From the NCBI GenBank assembly GCA_947574085.1, contig CANPIH010000002.1, positions 1 through 50,926 on the forward strand: a stretch of 50,926 nt of DNA. The letters run 5' to 3'. Shown in pieces: positions 26,860 to 35,888 of this stretch; position 1 is the first letter of the stretch; every line of letters starts with the position of its first letter. The notes beneath the pieces are model-generated. The model did no database searches and was not told where the DNA came from. It saw nothing but the letters and a program-made list of their open reading frames with translations. Origin of the DNA: an uncultured Mycoplasmatota bacterium. Lineage in GTDB: Bacteria > Bacillota_I > Bacilli_A > RF39 > UBA660. The position numbers were made by a program, and so were the translations under genes.

Positions 26860-28425
26860 CTACTCTATTGAACTCATTAATCCAAACATTGGTAAAATAA
26901 CAGCTAATATAATTACTCCTACTACAAGAGCTAGAAAAGCAATTAAAACTGGCTCAATAAAAGCTTTCAAATTATTTACTAAACTCTTATGCATCTCAGA
27001 ATAATAATCACTTACTTTTTTCATCATATCCGCTAGGCGTCCTGTAGATTCTCCAGTTACTATCATATAATATGCAACATCAGGTATAGCCCACTGATTT
27101 TTAAATGATGCTGATATTTTGTCACCTTTTATTATGTTATCTATTGTATTATTCATAATTTCTTTATAAATTTCATTATTGGTAATTCGGCTTAATATTG
27201 TCATACTTTCAGTAATAAAAACATTGTTGGAAAGCAGTGAAGAAAAAGTTTTAGTAAAGATAGTAAGTTCATTATAAATAATAATATTACCTATTATAGG
27301 CATATGCATTAAAAAATATTGAATACTTTTTCGGAAAGCTTTAATTTTTTTATAACATAAATACAATGTTCCAAAAATCAATAAAACTATTAAAAATAGA
27401 AATAAAATATTTGCTTGTAAAAAATGACTTAAATTTACAATAAATAATGTTATACCCGTAATTTGTGCATTAGAAGTTTCATATATTTTAATAAATTCTG
27501 GAATAACATACAACAATATAAATGTAATTACTCCAATTGCAAAAACCATAATGATTGTAGGGTATGTAATAGCACTAATCATTTGTTTTCTTGTTTTTTC
27601 TAATTCTTCATAATAATTAGACATATCAGATAAGGTTGCTTCCAATTCTCCAGTTGCTTCAGCTGCTCGTATCATATTTATTAGTAAAGGAGGAAAGAGG
27701 TTTCCTTGCTTTTCTAAAGCTTTTGAAAAAGGTTCTCCCATCGTCAACTCATATATAATTGAACGAAAATATTTGCGATATTTCGTTTTCTTTTGCATTT
27801 GATTATTTAAAATTTTTACAGATTCTGTCAGTGTCAAACCGCTTTTAATATAGGTGGAAAGCTGAGTTAACCAAAACAACAAATCCTTATTAGACATTTT
27901 TATAGATAGAATACTTGACTCTCCATAAAAAAGATTTATTGTTTTACTAGTTTTAATATCATAGACTATGTAGCCTTCCTGTAGAAGAAACGTATTAACG
28001 TCTAGTTTAGAATAACCATTTACAGTTCCAGTTTCTAATTTTCCATCTCTATTTTTAGCTTTGTACTGAAATACGCGTGGAACATCACTTCGTATACTAC
28101 CTTCATTTTGTAAATTAATGAGAAGTTTTGAACGCATTTCTTCTAATTTTCGATTTTGCTTTTTTTTAAACCACAAGTTATTTTGCTCCCTTCGCTTTGT
28201 ATTTTCAACATTTTTCAATTGTAATTCTTCTTCTTTTTTTTCATTATTAACAATTTGTGTTGTATTTTGATACATTGAATTCACTTCTTTACTCGTTTGG
28301 CTAAATAAATTTTTAAATACATCTAAAAAAGCAAATTTCAACCCTTTAAAGAAAAAAAAGATGATATTTTTTACTACTAAAAAAGGAAGCAAAAAGACAT
28401 TGGTCTTGTTTTTTCTATTTGCCAT
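26860..28425 (-). CDS. pilC: GspF/PilC-family pilus platform protein with N-terminal extension
   Basis: Two T2SSF repeats (GEPFSKALEKQGNLFPPLLINMIRAAEATGEL and ...YMIVTGESTGRL). About 110 residues precede the usual FQYKAKNRDGK start, so the true start is uncertain. Confidence 0.85.
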   Translation of the reverse strand: MANRKNKTNVFLLPFLVVKNIIFFFFKGLKFAFLDVFKNLFSQTSKEVNSMYQNTTQIVNNEKKEEELQLKNVENTKRREQNNLWFKKKQNRKLEEMRSKLLINLQNEGSIRSDVPRVFQYKAKNRDGKLETGTVNGYSKLDVNTFLLQEGYIVYDIKTSKTINLFYGESSILSIKMSNKDLLFWLTQLSTYIKSGLTLTESVKILNNQMQKKTKYRKYFRSIIYELTMGEPFSKALEKQGNLFPPLLINMIRAAEATGELEATLSDMSNYYEELEKTRKQMISAITYPTIIMVFAIGVITFILLYVIPEFIKIYETSNAQITGITLFIVNLSHFLQANILFLFLIVLLIFGTLYLCYKKIKAFRKSIQYFLMHMPIIGNIIIYNELTIFTKTFSSLLSNNVFITESMTILSRITNNEIYKEIMNNTIDNIIKGDKISASFKNQWAIPDVAYYMIVTGESTGRLADMMKKVSDYYSEMHKSLVNNLKAFIEPVLIAFLALVVGVIILAVILPMFGLMSSIE

Positions 28426-28548
28426 ATTACTTATATTCTCCTTTATTATTCTTATTATTTAAATTATAACATAAAAATAATTCTTTTGCCTAGAAAAATG
28501 TGCAACATTGATCTAAAAACACATAAACTAGTATAAAGGTGATACTAT

Positions 28549-28824
28549 ATGTTTAATGTAGCGGGTCTATCCAAAGGATTAACTTTAACTAAAATTATTG
28601 GTGGAATTTCTAAAACTTTACAAATTGCAAATCAAGTAATTCCTTTATACCAAAAAGCAAAACCAATGATACAGAATGCAAGAAGTGTTATGGGTGTATT
28701 AAAAGAATTTAAAACCACTTCTCCTAAAGCCATTACAACTAAAGAAAACAAAGTAATTAATAAAAAATATTCCTCTAATGGCACAAAAAAAGAAGAAATA
28801 GCATCTCCTACTTTCTTTTTATAA
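28549..28824 (+). CDS. Small protein, tentatively VrrA/YqfQ-like
   Basis: Pattern LQIANQVIPLYQKAKPMIQNARSVMGVLKEF, and position next to trmK-rpoD-dnaG as in Bacillus yqfQ. Confidence 0.45.
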   Translation: MFNVAGLSKGLTLTKIIGGISKTLQIANQVIPLYQKAKPMIQNARSVMGVLKEFKTTSPKAITTKENKVINKKYSSNGTKKEEIASPTFFL

Positions 28825-29460
28825 ATATTTTTTTAATAAATGCTTTTTATATAAAAGTATTAATTTTTCTTTCCAGTAATTCTTAGGAATTTTTTGATAA
28901 ATTGTATTTAATTTTTCTTTTAAATAAAAATAATATTTTTTATTTTCACTATGATAGATTCCATAATACAATTCCCTTTTTTTATATTTTCTAAAAGTTT
29001 TTGTGTATTTTCCAACTATATAATAATGATTTTTATCATAAATTACTTTTTCATTTTCTAAATAAAATCCTAATTTTTTCATTTCTTTACGTAGTTCATA
29101 CAAATCATTATTAGATTGTAATATCACTTTCTTTATTTTTTCTTGTTCCATTTTTTTTAAAATATGTAAGATTGTTGAAGTTCCCATACCAGAAATAATA
29201 ATTGTATCAATTAAATTTTGATTAATTTTTTCTAAGCCATCTGACAAAACAGTAGGAATTCTCTTTTCTAGCTTTGCATTTTTTATATTTTGAATTGCAT
29301 TAGATAGAGCATTTGGATTTACATCGGATGCCATTACACTTTGGCAAATACTATTTTGACATAAATAAATACTTAAGTAGGCATGATCACAACCAATATC
29401 AACAATTCGATCTGTTTCTTCTAAAAAAGAAGCTATGGCTTTTAACCGTAAAGATAACAT
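28819..29460 (-). CDS. trmK: tRNA (adenine22-N1)-methyltransferase
   Basis: RLKAIASF...DIGCDHAYLSIYL SAM-MTase start. Conserved position downstream of rpoD. Confidence 0.85.
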   Translation of the reverse strand: MLSLRLKAIASFLEETDRIVDIGCDHAYLSIYLCQNSICQSVMASDVNPNALSNAIQNIKNAKLEKRIPTVLSDGLEKINQNLIDTIIISGMGTSTILHILKKMEQEKIKKVILQSNNDLYELRKEMKKLGFYLENEKVIYDKNHYYIVGKYTKTFRKYKKRELYYGIYHSENKKYYFYLKEKLNTIYQKIPKNYWKEKLILLYKKHLLKKYL

Positions 29461-30557
29461 TAGTCTGCTAAAAAGTCCTTTAATTTTTTAGCACGAGAAG
29501 GATGTCTTAATTTACGTAAAGCTTTGGCTTCAATTTGACGAATACGCTCACGAGTAACATTAAATCTTTTACCTACTTCTTCTAAAGTATGACTAGTTCC
29601 ATCGACTAATCCAAAACGTAGCTCTAATACTTCTTGTTCTCTTTCTTGCAAAGTCTCTAAAACTGCACGGATTTCTTCTTTTAAAATTTCATTTGTTGCG
29701 TATTCCTCTGGAGTCATGCTACTTGCGTCAGGCACAAAATCTCCTAAATGAGAATCTTCTTCTTCCCCAATAGGTGTTTCTAAAGAAACTGGATCTTGAC
29801 TTATTTTAATTACTTCACGAACTTTTTCAACTGAAATTCCCATTTTCTTTGCCACTTCTTCTTCACTAGGTTCACGATTCAATTCTAAAGTTAATTGTCT
29901 TTGAATTCGAGCCATTTTGTTGATTGTTTCTACCATGTGTACTGGAACACGTATTGTTCGTGCTTGATCTGCCAATGCACGAGTTATTGCTTGACGTATC
30001 CACCAAGTAGCGTAAGTTGAAAACTTAAAGCCTTTATCATAATCAAATTTGTCAACTGCTTTCATCAAGCCAATATTTCCTTCTTGAATTAAATCTAAAA
30101 ACAATAAGCCACGTCCTACATAACGTTTAGCTATACTAACTACTAAACGTAAATTGGATTCTGCTAAAATATTTTTAGCCATTTCATCACCAGTAGCAGC
30201 TTTTTTAGATAAGTCCAATTCTTCTTCAGGAGAAAGCAAACTAATTTTTCCAATTTCTTTTAAATACATACGTACTGGATCATTTATATTAATATCTTTT
30301 GTAATTTCATTATCATCCAATATAATAGGTTCTTCTTTTTCCAATGCTTTTGAACTAGCATTTCCAGAATTTTCATCTTCTGCGACAATTTCAATATTGT
30401 TTTCTATAAAAGTATTATACAATTCATCTAATGAATCATTGTCAACATCCAATCCTTTTAAACTTTCAGCTAATTGTTCAAATGTAATGACTCCTTTTTC
30501 TCTTCCAATCTTTAATAATTCTTCTTTTCTCTCTTCAAAAGTTTTAATAACTTTCAT
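29460..30557 (-). CDS. rpoD: Primary RNA polymerase sigma factor
   Basis: Region 2 ([13 protein letters not shown]), region 3, region 4 ([19 protein letters not shown]). The ATG at 30557 lies behind a GGAAGTG SD-like element. Confidence 0.95.
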   Translation of the reverse strand: MKVIKTFEERKEELLKIGREKGVITFEQLAESLKGLDVDNDSLDELYNTFIENNIEIVAEDENSGNASSKALEKEEPIILDDNEITKDININDPVRMYLKEIGKISLLSPEEELDLSKKAATGDEMAKNILAESNLRLVVSIAKRYVGRGLLFLDLIQEGNIGLMKAVDKFDYDKGFKFSTYATWWIRQAITRALADQARTIRVPVHMVETINKMARIQRQLTLELNREPSEEEVAKKMGISVEKVREVIKISQDPVSLETPIGEEEDSHLGDFVPDASSMTPEEYATNEILKEEIRAVLETLQEREQEVLELRFGLVDGTSHTLEEVGKRFNVTRERIRQIEAKALRKLRHPSRAKKLKDFLAD

Positions 30558-32298
30558 TTTCCACACTTCCTTTTTTTAGCTCCGCAATTTTTTCTAACAA
30601 TGCGACTTTTTTATTTACATCCCATTCTGTTTTAATATCTTCTTTTAATTTTTTAATTTCTTCTTTTTTTATTTTTTTTCGTATAATTTCCAAAAGTTCC
30701 AACATACTTTCTTCAGTGATATTGGTATCTTTTTCATTACTTATTATAGCCATTATTTCTTGTTTTAATTTCGTATTTTCTGCATAACTAATAAAATCTG
30801 CAAGATTAATGGTTTTATTTTTTTCAACATAATATACTATTTCATTGGCAATTGCTCGATGTTCTTTTGTTGGAAATAACCCTAATTTTGTTTGATAAAG
30901 TTTTACAAAAATTTTAGAATTCATCATATAAAATAAGATTTTCATACAAACCTTATCATATCCACTTTCCTTATCTTTTAATACAGTATTGGTTTTTAAA
31001 CAAACTTTATTCTCTATTTTTTTCTCTTTCTCACCCAGTTGTTCTTTTAAAACATCGTAAGAAATATTATATTCTTTTGCAATTTTTTGTAAAGTTATTT
31101 CTTTTAAAATTGCATCATCAGTATTTTTTAATCCATTTAAAACTGCTTTAATATATTCAGCTAAATCAGTAGCATCATTCAAATTTCGATTTTTCTTAAA
31201 ATAATTTAATTTAAAGTCTACAAAAGAAATAGCATTTTTAATATTTTCTAATAAAGCTTCTTTTCCATTTTGTACTACGTAAGAATCTGGATCTTTTTCT
31301 CCACTTAATCGAACGATGTCAAAAATAATTCTTTCTTCCTCCAAACGATTACCAATTGAAAATGTAGCGTTTTCTCCAGCATTATCATTATCCAACATCA
31401 AAATAATTTTGCATCTTAATTTTTTTAATGCCTCTATTTGTTCTTTTGTTACACTTGTTCCCATTAAAGCAATAACATTTTTAATTCCTACAGAATATAA
31501 ACGAATAGCATCCATATTACCTTCTACTAGAATCACTTCTTTTGAAAGACGAATGGCATCTCTCGCTCTATGATAATTAAATAAAATAGTTCCTTTTTTA
31601 AAAATATAAGTTTCTTTTGTATTTAAATATTTAGGTGTCTCTTCTTTTAAATAACATCTTGCTGTAAAACCCACAACTTGTCCATCCAAATTATGAATGG
31701 GATACATAATTCGATTTTGAAAAACATCATAAATTCCATCTTCATACTCGTAAATCAATCCTAAATCAGAAAGCATCTTTAAAGAGTATTCTTTTTCTTT
31801 TAATATTCTAGAAAGTCTATTTTTATCTAAAGCCAAACCCAAAGAGAAGTCTTGAATGGTTTCTTCTAGTACCCCTCTTTTTTCTAAATAAGAAACAGCT
31901 GTTTTTCCTATTTCTGTATTTAAGTTATTTTGATAAAATTTTAATACAAAATTCATTAATTCATATTCTTCCTTATACTGAATATCTTTCTTTTTTATAG
32001 TTGGTATAGAAACAGATAGACCTACTTTATCAGCGATCAAAGATACTGCTTCTGAAAAAGATACATTTAAATAATTTTCTACAAAGGTAAAAACGTTTCC
32101 CGCCGCACCACAAGAAAAACATTTATAAATTTGTTTTTCTTCTGATACACTCATACTAGGAGCATGATCTTCATGAAAAGGACACACCCCAAAATAATTT
32201 TTTCCTTTTTGAGTAAGAGGTATATATGAAGAAATTATATCTACTATGGATACACTGCTACGAATTTTATTAATTTCATTTTGGTCGATAAAAGTCAT
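30544..32298 (-). CDS. dnaG: DNA primase
   Basis: Zinc finger [37 protein letters not shown]...DNDNAG. Confidence 0.95.
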   Translation of the reverse strand: MTFIDQNEINKIRSSVSIVDIISSYIPLTQKGKNYFGVCPFHEDHAPSMSVSEEKQIYKCFSCGAAGNVFTFVENYLNVSFSEAVSLIADKVGLSVSIPTIKKKDIQYKEEYELMNFVLKFYQNNLNTEIGKTAVSYLEKRGVLEETIQDFSLGLALDKNRLSRILKEKEYSLKMLSDLGLIYEYEDGIYDVFQNRIMYPIHNLDGQVVGFTARCYLKEETPKYLNTKETYIFKKGTILFNYHRARDAIRLSKEVILVEGNMDAIRLYSVGIKNVIALMGTSVTKEQIEALKKLRCKIILMLDNDNAGENATFSIGNRLEEERIIFDIVRLSGEKDPDSYVVQNGKEALLENIKNAISFVDFKLNYFKKNRNLNDATDLAEYIKAVLNGLKNTDDAILKEITLQKIAKEYNISYDVLKEQLGEKEKKIENKVCLKTNTVLKDKESGYDKVCMKILFYMMNSKIFVKLYQTKLGLFPTKEHRAIANEIVYYVEKNKTINLADFISYAENTKLKQEIMAIISNEKDTNITEESMLELLEIIRKKIKKEEIKKLKEDIKTEWDVNKKVALLEKIAELKKGSVENESY

Positions 32299-32363
32299 AA
32301 AAACAATCTCCTACTTATATATATTAACTCTACACATCAGTTTTCCTTTTTTTTACGACAAAA

Positions 32364-32395
32364 AAATACGAATTTATGTAAAATTTTCGTATTTT
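32364..32395 (-). terminator. Hairpin plus U-run after the sortase-like frame, upstream of dnaG
   Basis: AAATACGAA (32364-32372) pairs with TTCGTATTT (32387-32395). A-run on the plus side. Loop is 14 nt. Confidence 0.4.
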
Positions 32396-32396
32396 T

Positions 32397-32768
32397 CTAT
32401 TTTTTTTCCAATTTCCCACAGCTTTTAGCTATTAAAACTAATGAATCTCCTAAATTATTTTTTCCTTCTAATACTATCCACGAATTATCATTTGGCATGA
32501 TTTTTTCAAACTTAGAATTTTGTTTTTTCATAATCTTATAATAATAAAAATCTTCGCCTTTTTTAATAATAATTTTATCATTTATATTCAACTGCATTAA
32601 ATTAGAATAGGCAATAAAATCAAATTTAGTTTGTTCTTTTTTTATAGCATGATACTCTATTTTAGGTATAGTTATTTCGATCCATTGCTTTTTAACTCGA
32701 TTTTCATCGCTTGAAAAAAATAAAAATAGGAATGTAAATAAAAAAAAGCTATTTTTTAAAAACGTAAA
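32397..32768 (-). pseudogene. Start-less, reduced sortase-like frame (123 sense codons; only the last 66 follow an ATG)
   Basis: The open frame encodes a hydrophobic FFLFTFLFLFF segment, then IEITIPKI, LNINDKIIIKKGEDFYYYKI and SLVLIAKSC, which echo sortase blocks. No ATG, GTG or TTG occurs before 32597. The His-containing middle block and the Arg after the Cys are missing. Confidence 0.3.
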
Positions 32769-33690
32769 TTACACCCCCAAATAAAATAATCCAAATTGAA
32801 AGAAATAACTTTTTTTTGAAAGTATTTGGAACAAGTACTTCAACAATTTCTTCGTCAGTATCCATTGAAGTTTCACTTTCTTCCACTTTTATTTGCTCTT
32901 CCTCTAGCTCTTGAAACTCCTCCTCTTTTTCGTTATTTTCTTCTTTCAAATATTTTACAGAGATTTGATATTCTTTTTCACAAACCTCTTGTTTAGGCAA
33001 CAATTCAATAGACATGGTTCCCCAAATATTCACTTTTTCGCAAGCATTTTTAGGTTGAAATTTTAATAAATATTCTGCGTCATCCTTTAAAAAAGTGATT
33101 ACTATCTTATCTTTTTCATAAACAATATCTATATCTTTCCCTATCACATTAAAATTATCTACTATATAAGAATCACTTATAACAAAAGTTTTTTCATCAG
33201 AAATAAAATCTTGTAAAGAAAAATGAACTGTTTTTATATTTTCTTCTATTTTTAAAATTTCTTCATTCATAAAGTTACTTTTTTCATTATTCAAAGTATA
33301 ACGGATATCAATGGTATTGAATAATTTATAAATTAAATATTGTGTAGCAAAATAATAAGCATCTGTGTTTTGATTTTGGTATCCATAACCAAAGTACATA
33401 ATTTTAGAAATGGATTCCAACAACTTTATATCAAAAGTTCCAGCTTTTTCTCGGTAATCGTCTCTTCGATTAAAAAAAGTCATCGTTGGAGAAACCTCAT
33501 AAAGGGGATTACCTTTTTCATCCATTACTTTAGAAAAACTTTTAATAAGATGGCTTTTATTTCTCTTTATATAGACATCAAATTTATAATTATACTTCCT
33601 TTCTTCCACAAAGGATCTAGCATAAGTTTTTTTCAAAAATCCCCAACTACATAAAACAAATAGACTTAAAAATACTATCTTTTTTTTCAT
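32749..33690 (-). CDS. Secreted surface protein with a C-terminal sorting-signal-like tail
   Basis: The ATG at 33690 lies behind AAGGAGAAAAG. Signal peptide MKKKIVFLSLFVLCSWGFLKKTYA, acidic linker, then VPNTF-KKK-LFLSIWIILFGGVIYVF-KK. The GYGY...ATQYLIYK block faintly resembles thioester-domain adhesins (tentative). Confidence 0.65.
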   Translation of the reverse strand: MKKKIVFLSLFVLCSWGFLKKTYARSFVEERKYNYKFDVYIKRNKSHLIKSFSKVMDEKGNPLYEVSPTMTFFNRRDDYREKAGTFDIKLLESISKIMYFGYGYQNQNTDAYYFATQYLIYKLFNTIDIRYTLNNEKSNFMNEEILKIEENIKTVHFSLQDFISDEKTFVISDSYIVDNFNVIGKDIDIVYEKDKIVITFLKDDAEYLLKFQPKNACEKVNIWGTMSIELLPKQEVCEKEYQISVKYLKEENNEKEEEFQELEEEQIKVEESETSMDTDEEIVEVLVPNTFKKKLFLSIWIILFGGVIYVFKK

Positions 33691-33784
33691 CTTTTCTCCT
33701 TTTTTAGGAAGTGAGTGAATAAAATATAGCATAAAAAAAAGAATAAAGAAAATCTTTAAAAAAGACAATTAAAAAGAATATACA

Positions 33785-34672
33785 CTAAATTTTTTGTTTT
33801 ATTAAAGAAATTTGTATATTATTTAAAAGAATTAATAGACTATTCACTAAAATTAAAGAAAAATAAACACCTTCATAAAAATTTGTCAATAAGCTAAAGG
33901 GTAAAATCAAAAAACCTAACAATACACTGTAAAAAGCAATCCGCTTTTTAGAATATGGTGAAAAGGAAGACAAAGGAGCAAGAAAGATTAGAACAAAAAA
34001 GACTGTACTAGAAAACATATTGGATAATAAAAAATTCATATCACTTTTGAAAAAAGCATAACAAAATAAAGTTAATAAATAAAATCCATAACTATAAAAA
34101 GGTATTTCTTTTTTATAATAAGTATCAAAGGACAATAAAAGCAAAGATAGCAAAGATAAACTCACATTAGATGTAAAAATACCACTAACAGTCTGTCCAA
34201 AAATTCCATCCAAATAAGAATAAACAAACAATTGACTTTTTTCTAATAAGTTTGAATAATCATAACTTTTCATAAAATACAAAGCAAAAATTAAAACAAT
34301 TTTACCGACCGCAATAAAATTCAAATCCCAATCTCTTTTGCTAATTAAAAAAGTATTTAAAAACAAAAGAAGAGTGATAAATAATAGATACACACAAATA
34401 TTGGTAGAAATAGGAATTAGCAAACTAAAGAGCAATCCATAAAACTTGTTATTAAAAGGATTTTGATTAGGAAACAAAAAGTCAAAAAGACTTCCTATTC
34501 CTAAACCACTAAGAGGATACAAAAGAATTAGTAATAAATGAGAAAAAGAATAAAAATGATGTATATAAGGAATATAAGCATTTTTATACCAACCATATAT
34601 TACAAATAAAAACATAAGTCCATAGAGTTTCTGAATTAGACTAAAACGAATTATTTTATGCAATTTATTCAT
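33785..34672 (-). CDS. Highly divergent RnfD/NqrB-like polytopic membrane protein
   Basis: FLAPLSSFSPYSKKRIAFYSVLLGFL and YEGVYFSLILVNSLL echo the RnfD blocks FMATDPVTSP...G..IyG..iG and YPEGVSFAILLMN. The ATG at 34672 overlaps the upstream stop (ATGAATAA). Confidence 0.5.
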   Translation of the reverse strand: MNKLHKIIRFSLIQKLYGLMFLFVIYGWYKNAYIPYIHHFYSFSHLLLILLYPLSGLGIGSLFDFLFPNQNPFNNKFYGLLFSLLIPISTNICVYLLFITLLLFLNTFLISKRDWDLNFIAVGKIVLIFALYFMKSYDYSNLLEKSQLFVYSYLDGIFGQTVSGIFTSNVSLSLLSLLLLSFDTYYKKEIPFYSYGFYLLTLFCYAFFKSDMNFLLSNMFSSTVFFVLIFLAPLSSFSPYSKKRIAFYSVLLGFLILPFSLLTNFYEGVYFSLILVNSLLILLNNIQISLIKQKI

Positions 34673-35801
34673 TTTTATCACCACATAAATATTTTTGTAA
34701 AGGAATATATGACGGACAAATATAAGAGCATAATCCGCAATGAATGCATTGAACTTTCACTCCCAATTTATAAGCCATTAAAGGATTAGAATGAATTGGA
34801 CATATACTAATACATTTTCCGCATTTCATACATTTTTTTGCTTTTCTTTTTAGTTTTTTCATAATAACAATACCTTGCAATTCTGGTGTAACTATTAAAC
34901 GACTAACATCCATTCTTCGCCCTTGCATAATTCCATTTACATACAAAACACAATTTGAATAATCTTCACAGCAAAATTTATATAAAATATCTACAACTTT
35001 TACTCCCAATTTCGTTTTTACAAAAATAGGTTTTGTAACACCATTTCCACTAATTGTAAAACAATGTTCTAAAATAGGTCTTCTCTTTTTTAAATTGATA
35101 TAAATTTCATAAACTTCGCTACTTTTTAAATAAATATAAGGTTCTTTAATATGTAAATATTTTATCAAAAATTCTTCTTGACCTATAAGATACAAATCAT
35201 CTACTAATTTTAATTCAATAGAATTGTACATTCCTAGTATACTTTGATATTTTAAAATTGTTTCACTATCTGTATTTTTAATGGCAACTAAAACAGTGGC
35301 ATTAGGAAAAGCATTAGAAAAAGAATCCAAAGTCTCGACAATAGCCTTTATTCTTTCCTTTTGAAAAAAAAATTCATTTTCAATATAAGGTTCATCATCT
35401 ATGCCAGAAATAATAAAGGTTTTCACAGACTCCTTTTTAAATTTTTCTTTTATTTTTAGATTGCTAATATCTTCTAAAATCGTTTCTTTTGTTAAATTAT
35501 TTATTTTTCTTCGAACAGCAACAATCTTTTCCATTTTCTCTTGAAAATCGTTAGCAAAAACTAAACAATTAACTTCTTTTCCGTTAGGCAAAAGGCATTT
35601 TTCAATTTTGACCAATTCTCCAGATAAAGGGGCATAAACATTTGGATAAAGTAAACTGGCTTTTTTTATGTATTTTTCTTTCTTTATATCCTCTTTTTTA
35701 GGTGGAAAAGGAATATAAATATAATCTGGAGTTAAATATTCCTCCATTTTATTTGCCACTTTAATTGTATCATCTTTATCCAATTTAATAAGTCTTGCCA
35801 T
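34665..35801 (-). CDS. Divergent RnfC-like protein retaining a 2x[4Fe-4S] ferredoxin tail
   Basis: VYAPLSGELVKIEK (RnfC N-domain-like), IISGIDDEPYIENEF (compare IINGAECEPYLT), CMKCGKCISICP and CIHCGLCSYICP. No GGAGFP nucleotide-binding loop was seen. Confidence 0.6.
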   Translation of the reverse strand: MARLIKLDKDDTIKVANKMEEYLTPDYIYIPFPPKKEDIKKEKYIKKASLLYPNVYAPLSGELVKIEKCLLPNGKEVNCLVFANDFQEKMEKIVAVRRKINNLTKETILEDISNLKIKEKFKKESVKTFIISGIDDEPYIENEFFFQKERIKAIVETLDSFSNAFPNATVLVAIKNTDSETILKYQSILGMYNSIELKLVDDLYLIGQEEFLIKYLHIKEPYIYLKSSEVYEIYINLKKRRPILEHCFTISGNGVTKPIFVKTKLGVKVVDILYKFCCEDYSNCVLYVNGIMQGRRMDVSRLIVTPELQGIVIMKKLKRKAKKCMKCGKCISICPIHSNPLMAYKLGVKVQCIHCGLCSYICPSYIPLQKYLCGDKNE

Positions 35802-35888
35802 ATTCTTCCACCACTTTAATTTATTATACTATACGCAAATACGATTGAAAAGCTAAGATTTTTCAGATAGACAAAATAATACAAAAGA

